From Bacteroidales bacterium (lineage in GTDB: Bacteria; Bacteroidota; Bacteroidia; Bacteroidales; UBA12077), in NCBI GenBank assembly GCA_018334875.1, contig JAGXLC010000002.1, positions 1 through 49,023 of the forward strand: a stretch of DNA of 49,023 nucleotides, given 5' to 3'. Positions 10,621-20,560 of the stretch are shown here, in pieces. The position numbers and the translations under genes are program-made. The notes below the pieces were generated by a model that saw only the letters and a list, made by a program, of their open reading frames with translations, ran no database searches and was not told where the DNA came from. The stretch's first letter is position 1. Each line of letters begins with the position of its first letter.

Positions 10621-11691
10621 TCACGCTATTTTGTTTATATAAAACTTCAGGGCTTCCTCTATATGCTCCCTGCTGATATACTGGTTGGTTAAAGGTTCTC
10701 CGATTTGTCGTATCAGGGTAAAATTGATCTTGTTCCCCGTATTCTTTTTGTCCTGCAGCAAATATTTATAAACCTTATCGAAATCTTTTTCCGACAATTT
10801 TATGGGCCGGTATTTACTGCCAATATAATCCGTAACTTCTCTGATGATGTGCTCTTGCGGATCATAAAATTTTGCCGAAAGAAATAATTCGCAAATCAAA
10901 CCATTGGCCACTGCTTCACCGTGCAAAAGCGGATTTTCAAGGGAAAAAGCCAAACTCTCAAATGCATGACCTATAGTATGGCCGAAATTTAAAACTTTTC
11001 GCAGATTCTTCTCATACGGATCTTCTTGCACAAAATAATTTTTTATTTGTACGGATTCGGAAATCAGCCCGGTTAAAGCCACTTCATCAATATCCCCGGG
11101 ATCTGCATCCAGTATTTTTTGCAAATGGGTCTCAGACCGGATTACTCCATGTTTTAACATTTCTGCCCAACCTGCATATATCTGGCGAATACTTAGCGTT
11201 CTCAGAAAAACCGGTGATATCAGCACATATTCCGGTTGGGAAAAGGTGCCAATGTGATTCTTGTAATCGTTTAGATTGATACCTGTTTTGCCGCCCACTG
11301 AGGCATCCACCATAGAAAGAAGCGTGGTGGGAATGTTTACAAATTTCATCCCCCGTTTAAAAGTGGAAGCAGCAAAACCACCGATATCCAACAACATCCC
11401 CCCTCCAAGATTGACCAACAGGGATTCACGATCTGCTCCGTGGTCTTGTAAGAAATTCCATATTTCTATCACAGTACTGATAACCTTTTGGGATTCCCCT
11501 TGCCCAATCTCCAATACAGCAACCTTTTCCCGTTGCATCAGATTTTCAAAATGTGGAAGACAAAAGGAATAAGTATTGTTGTCTGTTAACAGGAATATCT
11601 TGCCGGGTTTCAATTCATCGATTACCGACAAAAGTTGCAATTCAATTTCAGAATGGACTAAAATTTTGCTTTTGAATGATAATATTTGCAT
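10621..11691 (-). CDS. aroB: 3-dehydroquinate synthase
   Basis: GGGMLLDIGGFAASTFKRGMKFVNIPTTLLSMVDASVGGKTGIN and HTIGHAFE...HGEAVA. Confidence 0.92.
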   Translation of the reverse strand: MQILSFKSKILVHSEIELQLLSVIDELKPGKIFLLTDNNTYSFCLPHFENLMQREKVAVLEIGQGESQKVISTVIEIWNFLQDHGADRESLLVNLGGGMLLDIGGFAASTFKRGMKFVNIPTTLLSMVDASVGGKTGINLNDYKNHIGTFSQPEYVLISPVFLRTLSIRQIYAGWAEMLKHGVIRSETHLQKILDADPGDIDEVALTGLISESVQIKNYFVQEDPYEKNLRKVLNFGHTIGHAFESLAFSLENPLLHGEAVANGLICELFLSAKFYDPQEHIIREVTDYIGSKYRPIKLSEKDFDKVYKYLLQDKKNTGNKINFTLIRQIGEPLTNQYISREHIEEALKFYINKIA

Positions 11692-11716
11692 ATTTAAAAA
11701 TAAAAATCAAAGAAAA

Positions 11717-12883
11717 ATGATTGATTTCGAAAATACAAAAATAGCATTTCAAAATAAAACTAACATAGATTTAAAAAGAGCGCGCTTCCTTTTTAATACC
11801 CTGGCCAGACCATACATTGTAAAGACGGGTAAATTATTCACCCATTTCGCTCTTAAAACAAGTTTACCCATAAAATGGATTGTCAAACCCACTGTTTATA
11901 AACAATTCTGTGGAGGGGAAACCATTGAAGAATGTAAGCCAGTGGTGGAGTCTATGGCAAAATACAATGTGAAATCCATATTGGATTACAGTGTGGAAGG
12001 GAAAGAAGACCCTGAAGACATCAAGGCCGCACTGGAGGAAACACTCAGAGCCATAGAAAATGCAGGTAAAAACGAAAACATTCCTTTTGCAGTTTTCAAA
12101 CCCACGGCTTTTGCAAGAAGCGCAGTTCTTGAAAAGGCAAGTTCCAATCAAAAACTGACAGATAAAGAACAGACCGAAGTGAATGATTTTCGGAACCGAA
12201 TTGATACCCTTTGTGGTACGGCATATCAATACGGATTACCTATTTTAATTGATGCTGAAGAGGTATGTTATCAATACATCATTGATGAAGTGGCCAGAGA
12301 GATGATGAGAAAATACAACCGCGAGAAAGCCATTGTATTCAACACCTTGCAAATGTACCGGTGGGACAGGCTGGATTTTCTGACAAAAGAATTTGAAGTG
12401 GCTCAAAAAGAGAATTTTAAATACGGGGCCAAATTTGTCAGAGGCGCATATATGGAAAAAGAAAGAAAATGGGCTCAACAGTACGGATATCTGTCTCCCA
12501 TACATCCGGACAAAGCGAGTACTGACCGGGATTATAACGATGCCCTAAAGTTTTCTGTAGAAAATATTGAAAAAATTGCTATTTTTAACGGTACACATAA
12601 CGAAAGCAGCTCGCTCTATTTGGTGGAACTCATGGACAAACACCAAATACCCAGAGATGATGAGCGCATATACTTTTCCCAATTATTTGGAATGAGCGAC
12701 CACATCTCTTACAACTTGGCAAATGCAGGTTATAATGTAGCCAAATATTTGCCCTATGGGCCGGTTAAAAATGTAATGCCCTATCTTATCAGGAGAGCGG
12801 AAGAGAATACCTCTGCAAGGGGCCAGACAAACAGAGAACTCGAGTTAATAAAAAAAGAACTAAAAAGACGTAAAACCAAATAA
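11717..12883 (+). CDS. Proline dehydrogenase family protein
   Basis: About 388 aa from ATG 11717, with C-terminal YLPYGPVKNVMPYLIRRAEENTS. The track ORF start 11576 would overlap aroB, so the internal ATG is preferred. Confidence 0.82.
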   Translation: MIDFENTKIAFQNKTNIDLKRARFLFNTLARPYIVKTGKLFTHFALKTSLPIKWIVKPTVYKQFCGGETIEECKPVVESMAKYNVKSILDYSVEGKEDPEDIKAALEETLRAIENAGKNENIPFAVFKPTAFARSAVLEKASSNQKLTDKEQTEVNDFRNRIDTLCGTAYQYGLPILIDAEEVCYQYIIDEVAREMMRKYNREKAIVFNTLQMYRWDRLDFLTKEFEVAQKENFKYGAKFVRGAYMEKERKWAQQYGYLSPIHPDKASTDRDYNDALKFSVENIEKIAIFNGTHNESSSLYLVELMDKHQIPRDDERIYFSQLFGMSDHISYNLANAGYNVAKYLPYGPVKNVMPYLIRRAEENTSARGQTNRELELIKKELKRRKTK

Positions 12884-12894
12884 ATTACGGGAAA

Positions 12895-13371
12895 ATGAGA
12901 ATTGAAAATTCAAAAAAGACATTAGTTATCAGCCAAATGCGGTATGTAATGGTAATAGCTTTTATTGTAATGGTAGTGGTTTTACTTACAACCGATATGA
13001 TCAGCAACAAGTTTCTGGGACTTGACAGATATTACTGGGCAGTCATAATCAGTATATTATATGTGGGACAAAACATCTATGAATATCTAAAAGATTATAA
13101 TTACATTTATTTTGCCGATGAGAACAACAAGCTCCTCTTCAGATATATTCCGCTTCGCCCTTTTAAGAATAAAAGATATTCCATTGAAATCAGCAAAGAT
13201 AAATTTCAGGGATACAAAATTGAAAGGCCTTCACCATTCAAACAGGAGATTGTGCTTTTTGTAAAAACACCCCAGGGTATAGCCAAATACCCGCCAATCA
13301 GCTTATCAGCTCTTAATGAAGAAGAATTCAACAACTTGAAGAAAGCCCTGAATCAACATATTAATCGATGA
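12895..13371 (+). CDS. Hypothetical membrane protein
   Basis: 158 aa with two predicted TM helices near the N-terminus. The 3' end overlaps the alr 3' end by 11 nt (convergent). Confidence 0.5.
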   Translation: MRIENSKKTLVISQMRYVMVIAFIVMVVVLLTTDMISNKFLGLDRYYWAVIISILYVGQNIYEYLKDYNYIYFADENNKLLFRYIPLRPFKNKRYSIEISKDKFQGYKIERPSPFKQEIVLFVKTPQGIAKYPPISLSALNEEEFNNLKKALNQHINR

Positions 13372-14512
13372 TTTTTCTGGGAATATCAATAGGTAAACGG
13401 GCCAGGAGTTCATAATTCAACTGATTATTAAAATCAGCAAAAGATGCCAGCGTAATGGTCACACCATCCTGATCACCGATCAGCACGACTTCATCCCCTT
13501 TTCTTACATCTGTCACCTGAGTGACGTCCACAATCAGCATGTTCATGTTTACTATGCCGATTACAGGCACTCTGTGACCGTGAATAAGCACCCGGCCCTG
13601 ATTACTGAGGGAGCGGCTATAACCATGTGCATAACCTACGGGAATAATGGCTATTGTTTTCTCTTCCTGGGCCATATAGTGCGTGCCGTAACTAACAAAC
13701 TCCCCTTCTTTAACCTCCTTGAGACTCATGATCTGACTTTTCCAATTCAGCACCCTTTTCAAAACTTCGGATTTTTCCATCCTTTTATGAACGAAATGGA
13801 TAAAAGTCTCAGGGCTGGGCCAAAATCCATATTGCAGAATTCCCACCCGAACCATGTCCATCCGGGTTTTGGGGTAAACAATGGCCGCAGCAGAACAGGC
13901 CGTATGCCGTAGTTCCGGAGTTATACCCCTGTTGGTGATCCATTTATAAACCCGGTTATATTTTTTTATCTGGCGCTGAACCCTGACGTGATTGGCAATA
14001 CTTTCAGCTCCGGCATAGTGGGTGCATAAACCCCTCACATGAAAATATTCCTGATTGGTATTGATCAGCTTAACTACTTTATGGAGGACCTTTTGACTAA
14101 AACCGGTACGGTTCATTCCGGTTTCCACTTCAATGTGAATAATGGCCCTGGTGTTGAATTGTTTGGCCAGTTCGAGGGCTTCTTCCAGCTTTTCCTGTTC
14201 GAATACGAAGAATTCCACACCATTTTTCACTGCCCATTCAAGTTCTTCCTGGTTCATCCAGCCCATGACCATGATGTCTGTAGCATCCTGCTTTACATGA
14301 TATACTCTCTTTGCCTCATCACCACTAAAAACAGCAAAATGATCGATACCTGCAGATTCCGCGATAGGCACAAACTGCTCGATACCATGACCATAAGCAT
14401 TGGCCTTAACCACCGAGGAAATTTTGGTATCCTTTCCCAGATAATCTTTTAAAAAGGTGAGATTATGGATCAATGCTGAGCGATTGATTTCAATTACCGA
14501 TGTAGCAGCCAT
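13361..14512 (-). CDS. alr: Alanine racemase
   Basis: SSVVKANAYGHG PLP-lysine motif; 383 aa. Confidence 0.92.
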   Translation of the reverse strand: MAATSVIEINRSALIHNLTFLKDYLGKDTKISSVVKANAYGHGIEQFVPIAESAGIDHFAVFSGDEAKRVYHVKQDATDIMVMGWMNQEELEWAVKNGVEFFVFEQEKLEEALELAKQFNTRAIIHIEVETGMNRTGFSQKVLHKVVKLINTNQEYFHVRGLCTHYAGAESIANHVRVQRQIKKYNRVYKWITNRGITPELRHTACSAAAIVYPKTRMDMVRVGILQYGFWPSPETFIHFVHKRMEKSEVLKRVLNWKSQIMSLKEVKEGEFVSYGTHYMAQEEKTIAIIPVGYAHGYSRSLSNQGRVLIHGHRVPVIGIVNMNMLIVDVTQVTDVRKGDEVVLIGDQDGVTITLASFADFNNQLNYELLARLPIDIPRKIID

Positions 14513-14530
14513 AAAATAAAGTTCTCATTA

Positions 14531-15697
14531 TTATTTCAAATAATGCCGATAAAGCTCAAAGAAAATTTCTATTCCTTTGTCAAGAATACTTTCCGGAAAA
14601 TCGTAATCCGGACTATGTAATTGAGGATGACTTATACCTGATCCAAGACCAAAAAGCGCCCCCGGATATTTCAATGTAAAGTTTGAAAAATCTTCCGACC
14701 ATCGCAAGGGTTCCTCAACATAAATGATTTGCCTGTTATTGTGTTTTGCGGCCTGTTCAAGAGTAGCCAGTGCCTCATTGTCATTCACCGTAGCCGGAAA
14801 TTCTTCGGTCCAGTCAATTTCTACACTCAAATTGAAACGGGAACTATGCGCATTGACCAGTTTAATGGATTGATCAGTCAGCAAGTCCATGTCCCGGTTT
14901 GAATAAGTTCTCAGTGTAGCCATTACCTCTGCATAGCCGGGTGTGGTACCAAAGGCTACTTCTCCGAGTTTTGAATGAATGATGGTAGCAAGGGTAAAAT
15001 CTTCAAATGAATGGGTTTGGGGTAGAAAAGTCAGGTCCCTCACAATATCTGCCATAGCCAGTGCCGGGCTGTTGCCTTTTTCAGGTTCAGCGGCATGGGA
15101 TGTTCTTCCATATAACCGGTTGATCATCCCTTTTGAAGCTGAAGCAAATACTCCTTTCCGTAAAATAATTGATCCTTCGGGATATCCCGGAAGATTATGA
15201 AGGGCAAATACAAAATCAGGCCGAATATGCCGGAATTTTTCATCATCCAGCACATTTTTCGCTCCCTGCCCATTTTCTTCAGAAGGTTGAAAAAGAAGGA
15301 TAATGCTTCCCTTTCGGGGGGGATCATTGTAAATGGCTTCAGCAACTCCCAATATGATAGCCATATGACCATCATGACCACATTTATGGGCCACACCTTC
15401 ATAAGAAGACTTATAGCTAAAAGGATTGGTTTCCCGAATGGGCAGGGCATCCATATCACAGCGGAACAACACCGACGGGCCGGTCTCTTTCCCGTAGAAT
15501 ATAGCTGCCACTCCATTTCCGCCCAAATTATCCATGATATGATCCGGCTGGTATGTATGCAGCTCCTGTTTGATTAGCCTGGCAGTATTGTACTCACTAC
15601 CTGACAATTCGGGAAATTTATGTAGTTTTTGCCTCAGCTCTTTAAGCCTGGATTTATTATATCTCAATCTTATTGGATTCAAATAGTTTCTGTACAA
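14531..15697 (-). CDS. M20D-family amidohydrolase (aminoacylase/hippurate hydrolase-like)
   Basis: LRQKLHKFPELSGSEYNTA, HKCGHDGH and FQPSEE metal-site motifs. The only in-frame start before the conserved N-terminus is TTG at 15697. Confidence 0.82.
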   Translation of the reverse strand: MYRNYLNPIRLRYNKSRLKELRQKLHKFPELSGSEYNTARLIKQELHTYQPDHIMDNLGGNGVAAIFYGKETGPSVLFRCDMDALPIRETNPFSYKSSYEGVAHKCGHDGHMAIILGVAEAIYNDPPRKGSIILLFQPSEENGQGAKNVLDDEKFRHIRPDFVFALHNLPGYPEGSIILRKGVFASASKGMINRLYGRTSHAAEPEKGNSPALAMADIVRDLTFLPQTHSFEDFTLATIIHSKLGEVAFGTTPGYAEVMATLRTYSNRDMDLLTDQSIKLVNAHSSRFNLSVEIDWTEEFPATVNDNEALATLEQAAKHNNRQIIYVEEPLRWSEDFSNFTLKYPGALFGLGSGISHPQLHSPDYDFPESILDKGIEIFFELYRHYLK

Positions 15698-15747
15698 ACA
15701 AACATGAAAAATTTCTTCATCTAACCTTATCCCTATACTTGCTCAAT

Positions 15748-16224
15748 TTATAACTTATCTTCCACCGTTATAACGGGAGAAGCATCGACATCATCAATAC
15801 CCAGGTAATCGATGATCAAATCCAGGGCGTCATTGATATCAGAGGTATGGTCATTGGGGACATTTTCCAATTTTTTGGTTAATTTCTCGTGCAGAAGAAG
15901 GGGAGTTTTATTCAGTAACTCGGACCCTTTTGAAGTCATTACAATATGGGTTCTACGCTTGTCTGCCCTTTTAGGAAGCCGTGCAATATATCCCCTTTTT
16001 TCAAGCCTGTTAATAATTCCGGAAACTGTACTGGAATTAAGGCTTAAATAATCCCGCAGTTCTTTTTGTGTGGCCTGGTAATTATTTGCCCTGTTCAGGT
16101 ATTCCAGACACAAAATTTGTGGAATGCTTACGCCGTATTCTTTCTGAACTTTTTTCGATTCCAGGTTAATAGATCTGACTATCTTTCTTATCTTCAGCAA
16201 AATTTCATTCGCGTTGGCTGCCAT
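15748..16224 (-). CDS. MarR-family transcriptional regulator
   Basis: 158 aa with a winged-HTH pattern (QKELRDYLSLNSSTVSGIINRLEKRGYIARLP...DKRR). Confidence 0.85.
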   Translation of the reverse strand: MAANANEILLKIRKIVRSINLESKKVQKEYGVSIPQILCLEYLNRANNYQATQKELRDYLSLNSSTVSGIINRLEKRGYIARLPKRADKRRTHIVMTSKGSELLNKTPLLLHEKLTKKLENVPNDHTSDINDALDLIIDYLGIDDVDASPVITVEDKL

Positions 16225-16369
16225 TGCTCATGGTATTTAACAGTTATATAAAGCCCGTAAAAATACACATTTTTTACTGCCGAAAAAAATGTTCAACAAA
16301 ACTTATTTCAATCAACTTTGTCTCCGAACAATTATTTTGAGATATTTGCCGCAACAATTGTGCAAGCCT

Positions 16370-17293
16370 ATGAAAAAAGACCTGATACCGGCATATATAA
16401 GTGTAATCATGGCTATGACTTTCTGGAGCCTCACTTTTGTATGGTATAAAATGGTCTTTGAATTTTATGAACCGATAACCACTGTATTTTTGCGTCTGGT
16501 GCTTTCCTCTGTCATACTGGTTCTTCTTATGCTTCCCCTCAAGCAACTACAAAAACCCAAACTACATGATTTTAAATACTTTGTATTGGTTACGCTTTTT
16601 CAGCCTTTTTTATATTTTCTGTGCGAAAGTTATGGTGTAAAATTTGTTTCTTCCACATTATCTGCTGTAATCATTTCAACCATTCCCCTGTTCAGTCCTT
16701 TTGTTACCGCCTACTTCTACAATGAACGTGTAATGAAATTCAATATTATAGGAATCGTTATATCCATTATAGGAGTAGGAATGGTAATTTTCGAAAGAGA
16801 TAAAAACGTATCGGCCACTCCATTGGGCATATTGTTATTATTTCTGGCGGTTGCTGCAGGAATCGGATACAGTATTGTTGTTAAGAAATTATCCGGCAAA
16901 TACAATTCCATCAGCATCGTAACGTACCACAATATCATCGGTATCTTTTTCTATCTGCCACTTTTCCTCATTTTTGATTTCAGCCGTTTCATCTCAACAG
17001 GTTATGTTCAAAAGGCAGTTGTACCATTACTCGAACTGGCGATATTCGGATCCTCTTTTGCCTTTATCTTTTTTACTTATTCCATAAAAAAGATCGGGGT
17101 TACAAAATCCAATGCATTCACCAATGCAATTCCTGTATTAACGGCCATATTTGCATTTTTTCTTCTGGGAGAATCGCTTACTGTTATAAAAATGTCGGGC
17201 ATTGGCCTGGTGATCAGTGGTCTGTTTATGTCTCAAATAACAAAGATTCCCAGATTAAGGAAAGGAAAAATATACGTTCGGCCCAATGAATAG
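16370..17293 (+). CDS. DMT superfamily (EamA-like) transporter
   Basis: About 10 TM segments and two EamA-like halves. The start is moved to ATG 16370 (MKKDLIPAY...). Confidence 0.82.
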   Translation: MKKDLIPAYISVIMAMTFWSLTFVWYKMVFEFYEPITTVFLRLVLSSVILVLLMLPLKQLQKPKLHDFKYFVLVTLFQPFLYFLCESYGVKFVSSTLSAVIISTIPLFSPFVTAYFYNERVMKFNIIGIVISIIGVGMVIFERDKNVSATPLGILLLFLAVAAGIGYSIVVKKLSGKYNSISIVTYHNIIGIFFYLPLFLIFDFSRFISTGYVQKAVVPLLELAIFGSSFAFIFFTYSIKKIGVTKSNAFTNAIPVLTAIFAFFLLGESLTVIKMSGIGLVISGLFMSQITKIPRLRKGKIYVRPNE

Positions 17294-17777
17294 GCAAGAA
17301 AGGGAAAAATTAAGACAAAAAGCCGCACAGGCAGAACCTGAAACGCGAAAATTTTTCAAGAAACTCCTTAAAAAAAGGAACTTTAGGCCCGAACATGTTC
17401 TGTACGAGTTACATGAAGAAGCATTTGCCAGGTACGATTGTCTGGATTGTGCAAACTGTTGCCGTTCTATAAGCCCTATTATTTATGAAAAAGACATTGA
17501 CCGTATTTCCAGATACCTGAAGATAAAACCTTCAAAGGTCACTGAACAATATTTTCAAAAAGACGAAGAAGGGGATTTTGTTTTCAGAAGTAAGCCTTGT
17601 CCCTTTCTTTTGCCGGATAATTATTGTTCAATCTATGAGGTTCGACCGAAATCCTGCCGTGAATACCCCCATACCCATCAAAGGGAATTCATCAAAAATT
17701 ATCATGTAACCATTAAAAATACCTATATCTGCCCCATCGCATTTTATGTGGTGGAAAAGTTAAAGAATAAAGAATGA
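17286..17777 (+). CDS. YkgJ-family cysteine-cluster protein
   Basis: CLDCANCCRS plus CPFL...NYCSIYEVRPKSCREYP. Overlaps the upstream gene by 8 nt. Confidence 0.72.
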   Translation: MNRQEREKLRQKAAQAEPETRKFFKKLLKKRNFRPEHVLYELHEEAFARYDCLDCANCCRSISPIIYEKDIDRISRYLKIKPSKVTEQYFQKDEEGDFVFRSKPCPFLLPDNYCSIYEVRPKSCREYPHTHQREFIKNYHVTIKNTYICPIAFYVVEKLKNKE

Positions 17778-18021
17778 GGGGCTTAATGATATGGAAATGG
17801 TCAAAATAAAAATTTTGATTCAGCCTTTCCGCGATCAGCTTTCCGGCTGAAACAAGTCTTTCATTTTTGCCGGTTAGCCGGTTTATGAATGTCAAAAGTG
17901 GATCCCACAGCCAGAAGATTTACTTTTGGGGCACTAAGAGGACGTACCCGCACGAAAAGTACTCATATTCCCGGTATAAAATATAAGGTTTATATCTTCA
18001 TGTACTGTCATTTTCTGCACA

Positions 18022-18054
18022 TTAAAAAAGGGAACCCTTTAGTAGATTCCCTTT
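18022..18054 (-). terminator. Probable terminator downstream of the exbD cluster
   Basis: AAAGGGA / TCCCTTT stem, followed on the - strand by a T-run. The loop is rather large. Confidence 0.4.
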
Positions 18055-18078
18055 CTTAAAAAAATGCAGCTAATGTAG

Positions 18079-18552
18079 CTAATACACTTGATCCACCTCT
18101 CTGGAGGCATATTGAATCTTCAACGCGCTCGCTCTTCTCAAGGCAGTCTTTACATCCGTAACAAGTCCCATTTTGGTATCTCCGTCAACTTTCAGGGAAA
18201 CGGTCATTTTGGGACGCTCTCCTTCAGAAAGTTGCTGCCGTTCTGTGACGATATAGTCTTGTATATCATCAACCCCTGCAAAAGCATCATTCAACTGGAT
18301 TCTGGGTTCGCTTCCGTAAAGGTTCTGGAATTGCCTTTTCGGTTCACCAATGTAAATATAGCTCACCAGGTCTTTTCTTTCCAGCTTTTTCACTTCCGTT
18401 GCTTCGGGCATCATGTTCTGAACCATCAGGTTGGTTTCGCGAATGGTTGTACTTACCATGAAGAAAAAGATAAGCATAAAAATAATATCCGGCAACGAAG
18501 CGGTTGATATTTTGGGAATTGATTTTGACCCTTCTTTTCTAAATTTACCCAT
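18079..18552 (-). CDS. exbD: Biopolymer transport protein ExbD/TolR
   Basis: 157 aa with a single N-terminal TM (ASLPDIIFMLIFFFMV) and an ExbD-like periplasmic domain. Confidence 0.85.
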   Translation of the reverse strand: MGKFRKEGSKSIPKISTASLPDIIFMLIFFFMVSTTIRETNLMVQNMMPEATEVKKLERKDLVSYIYIGEPKRQFQNLYGSEPRIQLNDAFAGVDDIQDYIVTERQQLSEGERPKMTVSLKVDGDTKMGLVTDVKTALRRASALKIQYASREVDQVY

Positions 18553-18570
18553 AATGTAATTCCTCCTGTT

Positions 18571-19149
18571 TTATTGTCCAACGTTTTTAGGCTCAGCTTC
18601 CGAAATAATCATCGGATAGATCTCATCTATTGCATCCTGCTCTTCTTTTTCCAATTCACTGTATTCCTCACCAAATTGCTGCGTGGCAAGTTGTTGCTTA
18701 AGTTCATTATAAGCTGCTGTAAGCTCATTCTGTACTTTGATGTACATCCCATACGAAGTACCCCTGTCGTTCTGCAGAGAGATAATTCCCTTCGTACATT
18801 CGGTTTGTCCGAAAAAGGGTACTTCCTTAACTTCCATTTCAGGTAGATCGGGCTCATTGTTGGGATTGGCAATAAATTCCTTTGCCTGTTCCTTCAGATT
18901 GCTAATATCAGCCCGCTCTCCTCCTACCAATAATTGATCGCTTGAATTAATCAACACCTCAAAAACATTTCTCTCCTTGATCTGCTGGTCTTCCTGTTGC
19001 TGTCTTTGCTGTTCATCGGGTATGGGAGGAAGCCTCCTCATAATTCCGGAATCTACATCGAATGTTGTAGCCACAAGGAAAAATATCAGAAGCAAGAAGG
19101 CAATGTCTGCCATTGGTGCTGCATTGAATTCACCGCTTGGTCTTGCCAT
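18571..19149 (-). CDS. exbD: Biopolymer transport protein ExbD/TolR (second paralog)
   Basis: 192 aa with APMADIAFLLLIFFLVATTF. Confidence 0.85.
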   Translation of the reverse strand: MARPSGEFNAAPMADIAFLLLIFFLVATTFDVDSGIMRRLPPIPDEQQRQQQEDQQIKERNVFEVLINSSDQLLVGGERADISNLKEQAKEFIANPNNEPDLPEMEVKEVPFFGQTECTKGIISLQNDRGTSYGMYIKVQNELTAAYNELKQQLATQQFGEEYSELEKEEQDAIDEIYPMIISEAEPKNVGQ

Positions 19150-19177
19150 AATTCAATATTTTTTAATGTTTATTGAT

Positions 19178-19211
19178 GTATAATGTCCGATTAATTAAAC
19201 GGACATTATAC
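19178..19211 (-). other. Perfect 12-bp stem hairpin between two genes of the exbB-exbD operon
   Basis: GTATAATGTCCG - 10 nt loop - CGGACATTATAC. Confidence 0.5.
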
Positions 19212-19223
19212 ATAATATATTTT

Positions 19224-19649
19224 TTATTTAAAAGATTTTGACACCTCAGTAAATAATATCGCACCGACTCCTACCCCGATCAACAGATACAGGGTAATTA
19301 AACCTGTGCCGACCTGTTTCAGTATGGGCGCCACATTATTGGGATTAGGGCTTGCGAAATTCAATGGTTGAGCAGATGCGAGATTGTAAGCCATAACCAC
19401 CAAAATAGCCAGAGCGACAATCCCAATGAGGGTGCCTTTACCCCGCTTGGGTTGGGCAATAATCTGTGCCAGAGGAAAAAGCAGCGCCATTAAACCGGCA
19501 AGTGCTGCCAGAATAGCTCCCCAAATCAAAATATGATTGGTGTAAACGGGTTCTCCGCCTGCCATTTCGCCCCCGGCATAGTATAGGACTCCCAGAATGA
19601 CGGAGCCTGCCAAAAGCAAAATTTCTATAATTCTTCTTAATATACCCAT
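19224..19649 (-). CDS. Hypothetical integral membrane protein within the ExbB/ExbD cluster
   Basis: 141 aa with 4 hydrophobic segments, located between exbB and exbD. Confidence 0.55.
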   Translation of the reverse strand: MGILRRIIEILLLAGSVILGVLYYAGGEMAGGEPVYTNHILIWGAILAALAGLMALLFPLAQIIAQPKRGKGTLIGIVALAILVVMAYNLASAQPLNFASPNPNNVAPILKQVGTGLITLYLLIGVGVGAILFTEVSKSFK

Positions 19650-19670
19650 ATCTAATAATAATTTATTTTA

Positions 19671-20489
19671 TTATTTTTTACCATATTTATAAATAAGGTC
19701 TACCAGTGATATAGAAGCATCTTCCATATCATTCACGATACTGTCAATCTTCGATACAATATAATTATAGAATAACTGAAGAATTACAGCAACGATAAGA
19801 CCTGACGCTGTAGTAATCAGGGCAACACTAATACCGCCTGCAACAACGGACGGGGAAACGGTTCCGGCAGCTTCAATGTTGTCAAATGCTTCAATCATAC
19901 CGATAACGGTACCAAGGAATCCCAGCATTGGAGCAATGGCAATGAAGAGGGAAATCCAGGTTAAACCCTGCTCCAATAAACCTGCTTGTACACTGCCGTA
20001 AGATACGACTGACTTTTCAGCCACCTCAACACCTTCATCGGCCCGGTCCAGTCCCTGATAGAAAATGGAAGCAACAGGCCCGCGGGTGTTACGGCATACC
20101 TCTTTTGCATCTTCAATACCACCTTGTTCAAGGGCATTTTCAACCTTCTTCAGTAGCTTAGTGGTATTGGTGGTTGAAAGATTCAGATAAATGATCCTTT
20201 CAATGGCCACGGCCAGACCAAAGATCAAAGCCAATAGAACCACACCCATAAAAGCGGGTCCTCCATCAATAAACTTCTGTTTTACCTGTTTGTGTAATGA
20301 ACTAGGTTCTTGTTGTGCTTCTTCTTCTCCCGCAGCTGCTGCAGCAGTGTCAGCAGCAGCTGTGTCGGCTGCCATAGCTGTGTCTTGAACAGCTGTGTCC
20401 TGTTGTCCTTCTTCTTGAGCAACTGCAAATGCTGAAGTTCCCAAGATAAATAATCCGATTACTGCGATAGTTCCTAATAATCTTTTCAT
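19671..20489 (-). CDS. exbB: MotA/TolQ/ExbB proton-channel protein
   Basis: C-terminal LGFLGTVIGMIEAFDNI...GGISVALITTASGLIVAV. The start is set at ATG 20489 (MKRLLGTIAVIGLFILGTSAFA) because the longer track ORF runs through a tRNA gene. Confidence 0.87.
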   Translation of the reverse strand: MKRLLGTIAVIGLFILGTSAFAVAQEEGQQDTAVQDTAMAADTAAADTAAAAAGEEEAQQEPSSLHKQVKQKFIDGGPAFMGVVLLALIFGLAVAIERIIYLNLSTTNTTKLLKKVENALEQGGIEDAKEVCRNTRGPVASIFYQGLDRADEGVEVAEKSVVSYGSVQAGLLEQGLTWISLFIAIAPMLGFLGTVIGMIEAFDNIEAAGTVSPSVVAGGISVALITTASGLIVAVILQLFYNYIVSKIDSIVNDMEDASISLVDLIYKYGKK

Positions 20490-20560
20490 GGTTTGTCTTC
20501 TGTTTTGATTAATGAATTGAATGTTAAAATTAATAAAAAAAATTTTATTTGCAAAATCGG

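Noticed and set aside
11576-11716. Upstream extensions of track ORFs (11576 for proline dehydrogenase; likewise 8344, 16289, 25291, 28438 and 43910)
   Set aside because: The extensions overlap neighbouring genes or add non-conserved residues ahead of the family-typical N-terminus or signal peptide. Internal ATGs fit better.
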